Positions 9,897 to 19,688 of a DNA stretch of 64,000 bases are shown one piece after another. The translations under genes were made by a program, and so were the position numbers. Below the pieces are notes generated by a model. The model made no database searches, was not told where the DNA came from, and worked only from the letters and a program-made list of their open reading frames with translations. The first letter of the stretch is position 1, and each line of letters starts with the position of its first letter. Source of the DNA: a virus. Its lineage: Duplodnaviria; Caudoviricetes. The stretch is from positions 14,762 to 78,761 of the IMG/VR virus record IMGVR_UViG_2508501111_000003; one strand, given 5' to 3'.

Positions 9897-11303
9897 ATGC
9901 CCTACACACGGCGCGATATCCTGAAACTTGCGGCACTCGTTAGCCTTAGTCCATGGCTGCCTGCTTGTACACCCAATGATCCGAATACACCAACCATCAA
10001 GCCAACCACTACATCGAATAGCCCAGTAACGAGTGACAGCACCCCACAGGTCATCGTAATTGGAGCGGGAATTGCTGGATTAGCCGCTGCCGCCAAACTC
10101 CAAGCAAACGGCTATCGCGTCCAGATCATCGAAGGGCGCGATCGGATCGGCGGGCGCATTTGGACAAGCCGCACCTGGAACGATATGCCTGTCGATTTAG
10201 GGGCTTCGTGGATTCATGGAGTCACACAGAATCCCCTCACCGATCTGGCAGATACTGCTAGGATTGAGCGAACACCCACCGATTATGAAAATAGTCTGGT
10301 CTATACCATGGAGGGTGATGAACTCGACGATGCCGCTGTGGAACAGCTTGAGGAGCAGTTGGTCACACTGCTGGATGCTGTGGCTGAGTTGGTTGAAGAT
10401 ACCGATGATATGTCACTCGCAGCGGCGATGCAGCAGGTTCTCGTTGAACAAGCTGAATCAATCGATCAACCACGCTTGAATTTCAGCATCAATAGCACGA
10501 TTGAACATGAGTATGCTGCCGATGTCGAGGAATTATCAGCCCAGTATTGGGACAACGATGGGGAAGTTGTTGGGGGTGATGTGATCTTTCTTGATGGGTA
10601 TGATCAAATCCTTGATCAACTCACGGCGGGCCTCACGATCCACACTGGGCAACCCGTTAACGCAATCAATTACACTGCTGAATCAATCACGATCACAACC
10701 GATACCACTACGTTTGAAGCGGAGCACGTCATTATCACCGTTCCGCTCGGTGTGCTCAAACAGGGCCGTATTCAGTTCACTCCACCGCTCGATACCATAA
10801 AAACCGATGCGATCACCTTGCTCAGATCAGGGCTGCTCAACAAGACATGGCTGCGCTTTGCAAGCGCGTTCTGGCCCAAGGAACCGGAGATCATTAACTA
10901 TATTGATGAACAAAAAGGCCGTTGGGCCGAATTCCTCAACATCTATCACTATACCGATAAACCGATCTTGCTCGGCTTTAATGCTGGTTCGTATGCTCGT
11001 ATGCTTGAATCACGCAGCGATGCGGAGATTATTGCCGATGGGATGCAAGTCCTGCGAACGATCTATGGGCAGGAAATTCCTGATCCTGAGGCGTGGCAAA
11101 TCACCCGCTGGGGCGCTGACCCCTATGCATTTGGTTCATACTCCTTTTTGGTCGTTGGCGCAACCGATGCCCTGCGTGATGACCTTGCACAACCGATTGC
11201 TGGACGATTGTTCTTCGCGGGAGAAGCAACAGAACGCACCTATCCCTTCCATGGAGCCTACCTCAGTGGATTGCGTGCCGCCGATGAGGTGATGCAGGCA
11301 TAG
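9897..11303 (+). CDS. Tat-exported lipoprotein, FAD-dependent amine/polyamine oxidase
   Basis: TRRDIL Tat motif, LPAC lipobox, GAGIAG, RIGGRI, LGASWIHG, LFFAGEAT. Confidence 0.92.
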   Translation: MPYTRRDILKLAALVSLSPWLPACTPNDPNTPTIKPTTTSNSPVTSDSTPQVIVIGAGIAGLAAAAKLQANGYRVQIIEGRDRIGGRIWTSRTWNDMPVDLGASWIHGVTQNPLTDLADTARIERTPTDYENSLVYTMEGDELDDAAVEQLEEQLVTLLDAVAELVEDTDDMSLAAAMQQVLVEQAESIDQPRLNFSINSTIEHEYAADVEELSAQYWDNDGEVVGGDVIFLDGYDQILDQLTAGLTIHTGQPVNAINYTAESITITTDTTTFEAEHVIITVPLGVLKQGRIQFTPPLDTIKTDAITLLRSGLLNKTWLRFASAFWPKEPEIINYIDEQKGRWAEFLNIYHYTDKPILLGFNAGSYARMLESRSDAEIIADGMQVLRTIYGQEIPDPEAWQITRWGADPYAFGSYSFLVVGATDALRDDLAQPIAGRLFFAGEATERTYPFHGAYLSGLRAADEVMQA

Positions 11304-11332
11304 ATTGAACTCCAATGATTAACGTTCACAGC

Positions 11333-11385
11333 CTAAAACCACAAACGACCCGCTGGGGTCGCTTGTGGGAGAGAAGAGAGAGGAG
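11333..11385 (-). terminator. Terminator ending the unit A relaxase operon
   Basis: CACAA-CGACCC...GGGTCG-TTGTG stem with T-rich tail on the minus strand. Confidence 0.8.
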
Positions 11386-11438
11386 AAGGTTTGACTTCAG
11401 TATACCAGAAGATGTGGGTTATCACTATTAGAATGTTA

Positions 11439-11912
11439 TTAATGCGCTCCACCCTCAGCATCGGTTGATGGTTGGGGATTGCCTGCTTGGAGCGATTTCC
11501 AACGTGTATAGTTCCCTTGAAAGGTATCTTGGCACATTGGTGCAGCCTCAAGTCCCCAAAGCAGATGTCGAATCGTTTCGGCGCGATCGCGCGTTTTATA
11601 CATAATTCGTGCGTGGGGCCATGGCGCAGTTGCTGGCTCCGCCCATGCTTCAACTGTATACGCCCCTTGCCAACCAATAATACAGACTGACTCTTGATCG
11701 GGGTATGCTTCACGACGAAACGTTAAGTACATCATGCTTCTTCCAACAAGTAATGGCGTTGGATAGGGGATGACCACGAGATCGGCAAGCAGATCAAGAT
11801 ACATTATATAGACAGCTCGATAGGGATCATCCGGTTCGGACGTGCTTATTGAGAATGTTAATTCTTCTGTCACTGTGCGGTTTTTGGTATTTCGATATTG
11901 ATGGAGTTCCAT
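11439..11912 (-). CDS. Hypothetical protein, paralog of 18672-19112
   Basis: 157 aa, near-identical to the unit B copy, which stops 11 codons earlier. Confidence 0.8.
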   Translation of the reverse strand: MELHQYRNTKNRTVTEELTFSISTSEPDDPYRAVYIMYLDLLADLVVIPYPTPLLVGRSMMYLTFRREAYPDQESVCIIGWQGAYTVEAWAEPATAPWPHARIMYKTRDRAETIRHLLWGLEAAPMCQDTFQGNYTRWKSLQAGNPQPSTDAEGGAH

Positions 11913-12011
11913 CGATGCTCCTCGCTCCTATTCAGACTATTGGCAATCAAAAGTATAGCAGCATGATGTATTGGTGGATAGCATGTCTGGTAGCTGCAGT
12001 TGCTCCATTCC

Positions 12012-12950
12012 TTATGCGATGATCTTCTCAAACCACGCTGCCCGTAAAAAGCGATGCGGCTGCTGCATGCGTTGGCCTTGCTTGGTGTACTGGGCTGTCC
12101 AGATCGGCGTGAGAATACCCGACTCACGCACCTCGTCGATCGTCGTAATCAGCAATTGACTGCCAGGCCAGCCGATTTCCCACGCATCGAGCACCGCCCG
12201 TTTGCGGCGTTCGCTCGGCACGGTAAAGGCAATCAGCGGCCAGTTGTAGCGCCCTTCCCAATACTTCGAGCGATACAACTCCCCATACGAATGCGCCTTC
12301 CCCGTGATAATACTCAATTCCTCAGTTCCGCGATCAATTTCAATCGCATAGAGTTGATCAATTTGCTTTGATTGTTGACCAATCCCCAGCCACGGATAGA
12401 GTGACGAGCGCTCACAGTCGGGCTGCGTTGCATCGGCCCAGCGGCGCACCACGACGATGCCATCGGCGCGTGGCCGTGCGGTTGGGCCTAAGTCCATCTC
12501 AATATAACTACTCATTCCCACAATGCCAGGCACATACGGCAAGGACTGAATCAAGCTAGTGATGACCTCGGCATATTCAATCTGGTGTTCAGCTTGATGC
12601 TGGAGATTGACCATGGTGGGAGCCAGCCGCTCACTGCCTTCTTCGAGCATCGGAAATGCCTGTTTGACGATCTCCCAGCCGAGCGGCGTGAGACTATACA
12701 AACGGCCATGGCGTGTCCAGCCCAGCGCACCACGCGGGTCATAGCCATGCGATTGAAAGTGTTCGCAATAGGTGAGCAGCTTGGCATCGACGAGCTTGGA
12801 CAACGTGCGATTAACCGTCTGAATCGTCACGGTAAACGGATGACCCCACGCGGTACGCAGGTGGCGAGACAGCAAACGCCCAAGCCGAGCAACGAGCAAC
12901 AGGATGTGCAACTCGATGGGATTGAGGCCAATAGCGAGCGATGAAGCCAT
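12012..12950 (-). CDS. Replication-relaxation (Replic_Relax-like) protein, unit A
   Basis: GAGGAGG RBS; N-terminal wHTH, then HQIEYAEV, RPRADG and AIEIDRGTE (PD-(D/E)XK-type motifs). Confidence 0.8.
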   Translation of the reverse strand: MASSLAIGLNPIELHILLLVARLGRLLSRHLRTAWGHPFTVTIQTVNRTLSKLVDAKLLTYCEHFQSHGYDPRGALGWTRHGRLYSLTPLGWEIVKQAFPMLEEGSERLAPTMVNLQHQAEHQIEYAEVITSLIQSLPYVPGIVGMSSYIEMDLGPTARPRADGIVVVRRWADATQPDCERSSLYPWLGIGQQSKQIDQLYAIEIDRGTEELSIITGKAHSYGELYRSKYWEGRYNWPLIAFTVPSERRKRAVLDAWEIGWPGSQLLITTIDEVRESGILTPIWTAQYTKQGQRMQQPHRFLRAAWFEKIIA

Positions 12951-13198
12951 GAACAACCTCCTCAGGATGAAAATGGTGGCTATCCAGCCTGTTAAAGAAT
13001 GTCGGCACGACCAAACGGCCAGTTTAGGCCATTCTGATGGGCTATTCTTTTTTTGGCGGTTTGTGGGTGATAGGAATGCGCTCTGAATGCAGAATGAACA
13101 CGGTTTGAACACTGAGAACCGAGAATAACCAAATGACCGTATTCGCCCCTCCCCGATAAACAGCCGCGTCTCTGTTGTGAGGTGCGGCTGATCTTCAC

Positions 13199-13465
13199 TT
13201 AATGATGGCCGATAGATGTTTGTTCGCGGCGGTAGCTGTGGTAGAGCAGCAGCATGCATAGTTTCAATTGCTCGTGGTGATACTGCTCCTGCATGCGCTG
13301 GGTTCGTTTTAAGTACCGACGCTTCATCATGCGGATATTGATGGGCTGGCGTTTGATGGCGGGTGTGGATCGCGTGGGCATGACAAGCGGTTTCTGGCGA
13401 CTGGTGATCACGATGACCGAAGCAACAATAGCTACCAGCGTAATAACAATGATCAGTCCTTGCAT
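13199..13465 (-). CDS. Small membrane-anchored basic protein
   Basis: 88 aa, N-terminal TM segment, overlaps the upstream stop codon. Confidence 0.55.
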   Translation of the reverse strand: MQGLIIVITLVAIVASVIVITSRQKPLVMPTRSTPAIKRQPINIRMMKRRYLKRTQRMQEQYHHEQLKLCMLLLYHSYRREQTSIGHH

Positions 13466-14073
13466 GAGGCAGCCGTCCCTTTCAGCACATCGCGCACCCC
13501 ACGCACAAATTGGCGAATCATTGGCTCGGCACTCAAGGCCACCAGCGCGGCCAGCAATCCGCTCACGAGCGCAAACCACCAGCGATACCCAAACACATCA
13601 TTCAACACTGTTTGGATATACCAGCCGGTTGCCGTGGCATCGAGTGAACTAACGATCACGGCACAGGTCAATCGCATGCGATCGACGTGCACGAAAAAGT
13701 AGGGTACTTGCTGATACCAGCGTAGCTCGTTTGGCACATTTACCCCGCGCCAGAGATGTTGGCCAACAAATGAAACCACCACATGACTCAAGCATCCGAT
13801 CACAAACCAATCGAGCACTCCAGCATGGACCCATATGCCGTGGTATTGAAGCCAAAGACCACCGAGCACGACGGCGCTCGCCGTGGCAATCCCATTGGCA
13901 ATCCATAAGACCACCCAAATCAACAGCATGCTCGCCTCCGCAATTAAACGGCTGCGGTTTACGAACTGCCAGCGGGTTTTCACCGTCGCGTTTTGGGGCA
14001 AGCCTCGCGCAACCAACACACGGTTGCGATGGTGCATATAGCCAAGTGGGCTTCGGGTTTTAAGACTCATCAT
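13453..14073 (-). CDS. Multi-TM membrane protein
   Basis: AGGAG RBS, about 4 TM segments. Confidence 0.75.
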   Translation of the reverse strand: MMSLKTRSPLGYMHHRNRVLVARGLPQNATVKTRWQFVNRSRLIAEASMLLIWVVLWIANGIATASAVVLGGLWLQYHGIWVHAGVLDWFVIGCLSHVVVSFVGQHLWRGVNVPNELRWYQQVPYFFVHVDRMRLTCAVIVSSLDATATGWYIQTVLNDVFGYRWWFALVSGLLAALVALSAEPMIRQFVRGVRDVLKGTAASCKD

Positions 14074-14136
14074 TGCTCCTAAAACAGCGAAACCACATCA
14101 CTCCGATGTGGTTTCGCGCAATATGCCAAGCTTTCG

Positions 14137-15015
14137 TTAGTTGATTGCGTTGGCATTCTCCCAAATAATTTCGTAGCCGCTTTCGCCAGCTTCGACCATC
14201 GCATACCGCTGCAAGGTATCAAAGGCTTTCGTGCCACTGGAGGTTGACGTAAAACCAAGCAAGCGGCGAAGGTCTTGTTTGGTTTTGAACTCGGTAATGT
14301 TCTTTTCGTAGAGAACTTTCAGGATTGCGTGAATATCATCAGCACTGATCGCACTCTTGCCATTGGTGGTGCGCAGAGCGGCTGATTCATCTGGTTCAGG
14401 CAACATTGCGATGGTTTCGTTGTGGCTTTCTGATGGCTCAAAACGCTCCTGCATGGCCGTTTGTCGTTGCTGTTTGCGTTGGGCTTCGAGGCGCTTGCGC
14501 TCGTTCTCAGCATCAACGCGCTCAAGGTGTTTAATATAGTCGATGGTTTGGCGCAGGCGATTCGGGGCGGTTGCGCTGGCATAGATGATCAGGGCAACGA
14601 AAGAACCAAATGTGCCCGCAATCAGATAGCCAAAGAAGCCCATGCTTGGCGGCATGTGGATGATCAAGGATGCGGTATTGAAGGTAACTTCCACGGCCAA
14701 CGCAATGATGAACGCAAGCCAGTTCCAAAAGCCAATGGGTTGTTTATGCTTGAGTTGAATGCCGATGTAAGCGCTCAACCACATCAAGGCCAAGTCAATG
14801 CCCAGCACCATGGCCATGGTTGCGCAGGCCACGATAAACCACGCGAAACCAACTAAACCATGGGTGAACGCAAGCATGGTGAATGCCATATGCACAAACG
14901 AAACCGCAATGAACATGTTGTTGAGTCTACGAAAGTTGGTGATTAAATTCTGAATATCATTGTGTTCATCAGGTGGTGGTTTTTCATACTCAATCGCGCC
15001 TCGGAATTTTGTCAT
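14137..15015 (-). CDS. Membrane protein with coiled coil and C-terminal wHTH-like domain (spread-protein-like architecture)
   Basis: AGGAG RBS at ATG 15015; about 4 TM, E/K/R-rich coil, helical C-terminus. Confidence 0.7.
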   Translation of the reverse strand: MTKFRGAIEYEKPPPDEHNDIQNLITNFRRLNNMFIAVSFVHMAFTMLAFTHGLVGFAWFIVACATMAMVLGIDLALMWLSAYIGIQLKHKQPIGFWNWLAFIIALAVEVTFNTASLIIHMPPSMGFFGYLIAGTFGSFVALIIYASATAPNRLRQTIDYIKHLERVDAENERKRLEAQRKQQRQTAMQERFEPSESHNETIAMLPEPDESAALRTTNGKSAISADDIHAILKVLYEKNITEFKTKQDLRRLLGFTSTSSGTKAFDTLQRYAMVEAGESGYEIIWENANAIN

Positions 15016-15226
15016 AGACTGGTTGCTCCTGAAGCCTAAAACGAAAAACACCGCCATTGCTGACGATGTTTTTCTCACGCTTATTCGGTTTCAACCAGAA
15101 CGTGTCGTTGGAGCGGGAGACGAGCCTGTCAACGGCTTAATTCATCATACGATCATCTGTGAACGCTAGGATATTCGGCGAACAACACCACCGCAATGGG
15201 TGGTGTTGTTTGGTTTAGGAGCACCA

Positions 15227-15445
15227 ATGGATCAACTAAATAAACACGGTCGTTGGTATTGCAGCACCTGTTGCCATGTGGCCACGACCGTTAGTGACTA
15301 TAAAGCCCATAAAGCAACCCATGCGATGATTGGCGAACAGCATGACCCCACGGCCCAACCAGCCAGTTTGATTGAGCTGCCGATCGTGCGCGTCTGGCAA
15401 CACGCCACCCGTTTAACCGTTGTGAAACAAAAGGGGGCCGCCTGA
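15227..15445 (+). CDS. Small C2H2 zinc-finger protein
   Basis: CSTC-x12-HKATH motif; AGGAG RBS. Confidence 0.7.
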   Translation: MDQLNKHGRWYCSTCCHVATTVSDYKAHKATHAMIGEQHDPTAQPASLIELPIVRVWQHATRLTVVKQKGAA

Positions 15446-16302
15446 TGCTTGCTTCCCATAATCGTCAATCGATTAAGTCGTTGATCATTTTCGGTAGCGG
15501 CTTGGCCTATGTACTTTCGATCGTGATGATGGAGGTCTTGGTTGGCTTTGCCCTCGGTGATATCAGCGATTCACTGATCATGCAAGCCTTAGTTGGTATT
15601 GGAATTCTAGGAACCTTTCTGAGTGCTTGCTTGATTCCGTTGGCATTGCACTATTGGCTGGCACCGGGAACACAATTCATTGTAGGGATTCTCTTTTGGT
15701 TGATAGATGTGGTCGTTTTGGCGATTAATGCCACCACCAGCTACCAACTAATTAAGCAGCTTGAATTATCGAGCTTTTTTACGATGTGGCAATTAGCGAT
15801 TCCCTTTATTGGTCCGGCGATTACGATTATCGGCTGGGGCTTGGTCTATCTTGCCGATGATGGACAAAAGGATCGTCAGTCAGATCGCTTGCTGGAAACA
15901 TCAAAACGGGCTTTGATGCGTGAGGCGGAGTATGCGCGGGTGAGTGCTGAGCATGAGTTTGCCATGAAGCAAATTGCCCAGGTGAAGCAATCGCTAATGA
16001 TGGCATTACAGGCAAGCGATATTGCCAAGGTTGCCGAGCAGGGCGCGTATAACAGTGCCTTGACTATTACGCGCCAAATTGTTGGATTGCCGATTGATAC
16101 CACCATTCCACCATCACGATCAGCCGAGTTGCCACCAGTGCCACCAGCATTGCAGCCTGTTGTACCACCCATGCCACCACCGCGATCAACCGAATTGCCA
16201 CCATTACCAGTATCATCGGTTCCCAATCAGCAGCCCATGCAGAACGAGGATGATCATTGGACATTGCTTTTTGAGCAGCAAGCTAACCACCCAAACCCAT
16301 AG
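15445..16302 (+). CDS. 4-TM membrane protein with coiled coil and Pro-rich tail
   Basis: 285 aa, start overlaps the upstream stop. Confidence 0.8.
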   Translation: MLASHNRQSIKSLIIFGSGLAYVLSIVMMEVLVGFALGDISDSLIMQALVGIGILGTFLSACLIPLALHYWLAPGTQFIVGILFWLIDVVVLAINATTSYQLIKQLELSSFFTMWQLAIPFIGPAITIIGWGLVYLADDGQKDRQSDRLLETSKRALMREAEYARVSAEHEFAMKQIAQVKQSLMMALQASDIAKVAEQGAYNSALTITRQIVGLPIDTTIPPSRSAELPPVPPALQPVVPPMPPPRSTELPPLPVSSVPNQQPMQNEDDHWTLLFEQQANHPNP

Positions 16303-16742
16303 TGCCAGTGATTGCCGTTGGTGGAAGTACAACACTTCCACCAATGCCACCAATGCAGGAACTGGCAGATGTCGTGTCACCATTGGTGGCAATGAGGGTT
16401 GATGATGGTGGCAACATCGGATTTCTTGATCTTCCGCTCTTAATAGATACGTTCAATCCGTTGGATTGGCGTACCGAGGTGAAAGGTAATGGGCAATATT
16501 GGCAATGGCGAAAAGGCAGCGGGAGCAACCGTAGCAGTCGCTACGGTGGAACCTTCGACCAACTCAGTGACGAGCGCAAAGCGGCCTACGAAGCGCACAA
16601 ACAACGCCGTGCTGCGACAGATCAAACCGGTGAGCCAACAGGAAGCGCTGGAGATGTTGCGGAGCGCCTTGGTGTATTTACAGCTGAGCGGAGTGCAAGC
16701 GCGGTATCGGACGACCGAGGTGGGCTTACTGCTTCAGCTTGA
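16302..16742 (+). CDS. Hypothetical protein (an overlapping frame ending at 16791 may also be coding)
   Basis: GTG start coupled to the upstream stop; W/G-rich core. Confidence 0.5.
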   Translation: MPVIAVGGSTTLPPMPPMQELADVVSPLVAMRVDDGGNIGFLDLPLLIDTFNPLDWRTEVKGNGQYWQWRKGSGSNRSSRYGGTFDQLSDERKAAYEAHKQRRAATDQTGEPTGSAGDVAERLGVFTAERSASAVSDDRGGLTASA

Positions 16743-16873
16743 TGCGGTCTATCTCGATGGCGTGCGCTTCGCCGTGCGCGATTGCATCTGATAATGCAGC
16801 TATACATCTATTTGTATAATCTTAGGCTATCCACTAAAGTATGTGAGTGAACAGTGTATTTTAAGGAGGATTC

Positions 16874-17332
16874 ATGAAGTCGAATCGTCGGTTTATCTAC
16901 TTATTGCTTTGTTTGATATGCCTTGGTAGTCTTTCAACGCCCTCATCATTTGCGAATGATTCAGAGCCTGTTGATGATGATGTCATTGTTGATGACACGC
17001 GAGGTTGTCCCGGTACAGGTTATGCGTATGTGGCCATCGAAGAAAACCAAGGTGGACAGCGTTATTGGAGAACGTCTGATCATTATGCCGATGGATGTAT
17101 TAAAAACAATCGTATCAAGATCAAGATTACAACAGGCTGCTTAACCGTTCGGATTCGGCTTCTTGAGCGGTATACGAATCCACCAGTTACGGTTGGCGTA
17201 TTCGATTATCAAACACGATGTGCTATGCTTAATAAGCCATTCCAGTCATTTGGTGATCCTATTTTGCCGGGTACTCGGTATTGGCTGGAAATGTCGTATA
17301 AACCCCATGATTTACTGATTGTTCGTGATTAA
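16874..17332 (+). CDS. Secreted hypothetical protein (moron)
   Basis: AAGGAGG RBS, signal peptide, AT-richer than neighbours. Confidence 0.75.
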   Translation: MKSNRRFIYLLLCLICLGSLSTPSSFANDSEPVDDDVIVDDTRGCPGTGYAYVAIEENQGGQRYWRTSDHYADGCIKNNRIKIKITTGCLTVRIRLLERYTNPPVTVGVFDYQTRCAMLNKPFQSFGDPILPGTRYWLEMSYKPHDLLIVRD

Positions 17333-17632
17333 GTGGCATTCATAATTCTCTTATGATGGGCTTGCGCTACTCTAGTAGCGCAATTTTATTTTTAGAACGA
17401 ACTATAACAAGGTTTATGATTGAATAGTCCTTACTACTTAGGGCGGCCATTTGCTCCATTCCCCTAATAACCGTTCAAACCGTGTTCATTCTGCATTCAG
17501 AGCGCATTCCCATCACCCACAAACCGCCAAAAAAAGAATAACCCATCAGAATGGCCTAAACTGGCTGTTTGGTCGTGCCGACATTCTTTAACAGGCTGCA
17601 TAGCCACCGTTTTCATCCTGAGGAGGTTGTTC

Positions 17633-18571
17633 ATGGCATTATCGCTCTCCGTTGGCCTCAATCCCATCGAGTTACACATCCTGCTGCTCATTGCTCGCCT
17701 TGGGCGCTTGCTGTCTCGCCACCTACGCACGGCGTGGGGCCATCCGTTTACTGTGACAATTCAGACGGTCAATCGCACGTTGGTCAAGCTCGTCGATGCC
17801 AAACTGCTGACCTATTGCGAACACTTTCAATCGCATGGCTATGACCCGCGTGGTGCGTTAGGCTGGACGCGCCATGGCCGCTTATATAGTCTTACGCCGC
17901 TCGGCTGGGAGATCGTCAAACAGGCCTTTCCCATGCTCGAGGAAGGCAGCGAGCGACTGGCTCCCACGATGGTCAATCCCCAACATCAAGCCGAGCATCA
18001 AATTGAATATGCCGAAGTCATCACCAGTTTGATTCAGTCATTACCCTACGTGCCTGGCATTGTCGGGATGAGCAGTTATATCGAGATGGACTTAGGCCCA
18101 ACCGCACGGCCACGCGCCGATGGGATTGTCGTAGTCCGCCGCTGGGCTGATGCGACGCAACCAGATTGTGAGCGCTCGTCACTCTATCCATGGCTGGGGA
18201 TTGGTCAACAATCAAAGCAAATTGATCAACTCTATGCCATTGAGATTGATCGCGGAACCGAGGAGTTGAGTATTATAACGGGGAAAGCCCACTCGTATGG
18301 GGAGTTGTATCGCTCGAAGTATTGGGAAGGGCGGTATAGTTGGCCGCTGATTGCCTTTACGGTGCCAACCGAACGGCGCAAACGGGCCGTGCTTGATGCG
18401 TGGGAAATCGGCTGGCCTGGCAGTCAATTGCTGATTACGACGATCGACGCGGTGCGCGAGTCAGGCGTGCTTACACCGATTTGGACAGCCCAGTATACGA
18501 AACACGGGGAACGGATTCAGCAGCCGCATCGCTTTTTGCGGGCTGCATGGTTTGAAAAGATTGTGGCGTAA
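17633..18571 (+). CDS. Replication-relaxation (Replic_Relax-like) protein, unit B
   Basis: 312 aa, same length and motifs as 12012-12950. Confidence 0.8.
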   Translation: MALSLSVGLNPIELHILLLIARLGRLLSRHLRTAWGHPFTVTIQTVNRTLVKLVDAKLLTYCEHFQSHGYDPRGALGWTRHGRLYSLTPLGWEIVKQAFPMLEEGSERLAPTMVNPQHQAEHQIEYAEVITSLIQSLPYVPGIVGMSSYIEMDLGPTARPRADGIVVVRRWADATQPDCERSSLYPWLGIGQQSKQIDQLYAIEIDRGTEELSIITGKAHSYGELYRSKYWEGRYSWPLIAFTVPTERRKRAVLDAWEIGWPGSQLLITTIDAVRESGVLTPIWTAQYTKHGERIQQPHRFLRAAWFEKIVA

Positions 18572-18671
18572 GAAATGGGTGGAGAATCGCATTGACTAAA
18601 CCATGCGATTCATTGATATATCAAGCTGCTATACTGAAGGACGCACAGCCCACTATGAGCGAGGAAGATCG

Positions 18672-19112
18672 ATGGAACTCCATCAATATCGAAATAGCAA
18701 AAATCGCACGATTATTGAAGAATTAACGTTCTCGGTAAACACGTCCGAACCAGATGATCCCTATCGAGCCGTCTATATCATGTATCTTGATCTGCTCGCC
18801 GATCTGGTGGCCGTCCCCTATCCAACGCCATTATTTGTTGGAAAGAGCATGACGAACTTAATATTTCGTCGCGAAGCATACCCTGATCAAGAGTCAGTCT
18901 GTATTATTGGCTGGCAAGGGTGGTATACAGTTCAAGCATGGGCAGAGCCAGCGACTGCGCCATGGCCCGACGCACGAATTATGTATAAAACACGCGATCG
19001 CGCCGAAACGATTCGGCATCTGCTTTGGGGACTTGAAGCTGCACCACTGTGCCAAGATGCTATTCAAGGGAACTATACGCGGTGGAAATCGCTCCAAGCA
19101 GGCAATCCCTAA
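18672..19112 (+). CDS. Hypothetical protein, paralog of 11439-11912
   Basis: GAGGA RBS, 146 aa. Confidence 0.8.
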   Translation: MELHQYRNSKNRTIIEELTFSVNTSEPDDPYRAVYIMYLDLLADLVAVPYPTPLFVGKSMTNLIFRREAYPDQESVCIIGWQGWYTVQAWAEPATAPWPDARIMYKTRDRAETIRHLLWGLEAAPLCQDAIQGNYTRWKSLQAGNP

Positions 19113-19198
19113 CCATCAACCGATGCTGAGGGTGGAGCACATTAATAGTCTTCTAATAGCAATAAGCCGTATGTTCTGGTATACTAACGTCAAACCTT

Positions 19199-19251
19199 CT
19201 CCTCTCTCTTCTCTCCCACAAGCGACCCCCAGCGGGTCGTTTGTGGTTTTA
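19199..19251 (+). terminator. Terminator after the unit B relaxase operon
   Basis: CACAAGCGACCC...GGGTCGTTTGTGGTTTT. Confidence 0.8.
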
Positions 19252-19371
19252 GCAGACCATTGCCAAGAGTTTATCCTTCGCGATGCCTCTGGTTATAAAG
19301 TTTATCTCAATAACTACTGCAAACCGCGCTTCACTCCGAGGCGCGGTTTTGTTTTTAGGAGCAATCAGCCA

Positions 19372-19608
19372 ATGAGCGATATGACCGTTACCGATTTGTT
19401 TTGTAGTGCTGGTGGTAGTTCAACGGGCGTAGTCAATGCTGGGGCTACCGTGCGCATGGCACTCAACCACTGGAAACTGGTAATCGAAACCAATAATATG
19501 AACCACCCTGATACCGACCACGACTGCACCGACATTCAGGCTTGTGATCCGCGTCGCTATCCGCGCACGACAATCTTAATTGCATCTCCGGAATGCGTTA
19601 ATGAGTAG
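19372..19608 (+). pseudogene. dcm: Truncated C5-cytosine DNA methyltransferase
   Basis: Motif I DLFCSAGG, ALNHW and motif IV ASPEC, then a stop three codons after the Cys (78 aa). Confidence 0.85.
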
Positions 19609-19688
19609 GCCTACTATTGCAATATTACAGAAGCTACGACCAATGGCTGAAAATTTTGGTATTGAGTGGTCAGACCAGTTATAGACAA

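Larger units (their letters stand above)
11333..13110 (-). repeat. Left arm of a 1.78-kb inverted duplication
   Basis: Reverse complement aligns closely to 17473-19251. Confidence 0.93.
17473..19251 (+). repeat. Right arm of the 1.78-kb inverted duplication
   Basis: Aligns to the reverse complement of 11333-13110. Confidence 0.93.

Noticed and set aside
12951-13259. 415-aa long form of the relaxase (start 13259)
   Set aside because: A strong GAGGAGG RBS precedes ATG 12950, the unit B copy has the same 312-aa length, and homology between the arms ends at 13110.
18907-19371. 233-aa ORF fusing upstream sequence to the dcm fragment
   Set aside because: The upstream part overlaps the real 18672-19112 gene and crosses a terminator. 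The dcm fragment has its own RBS at 19372.
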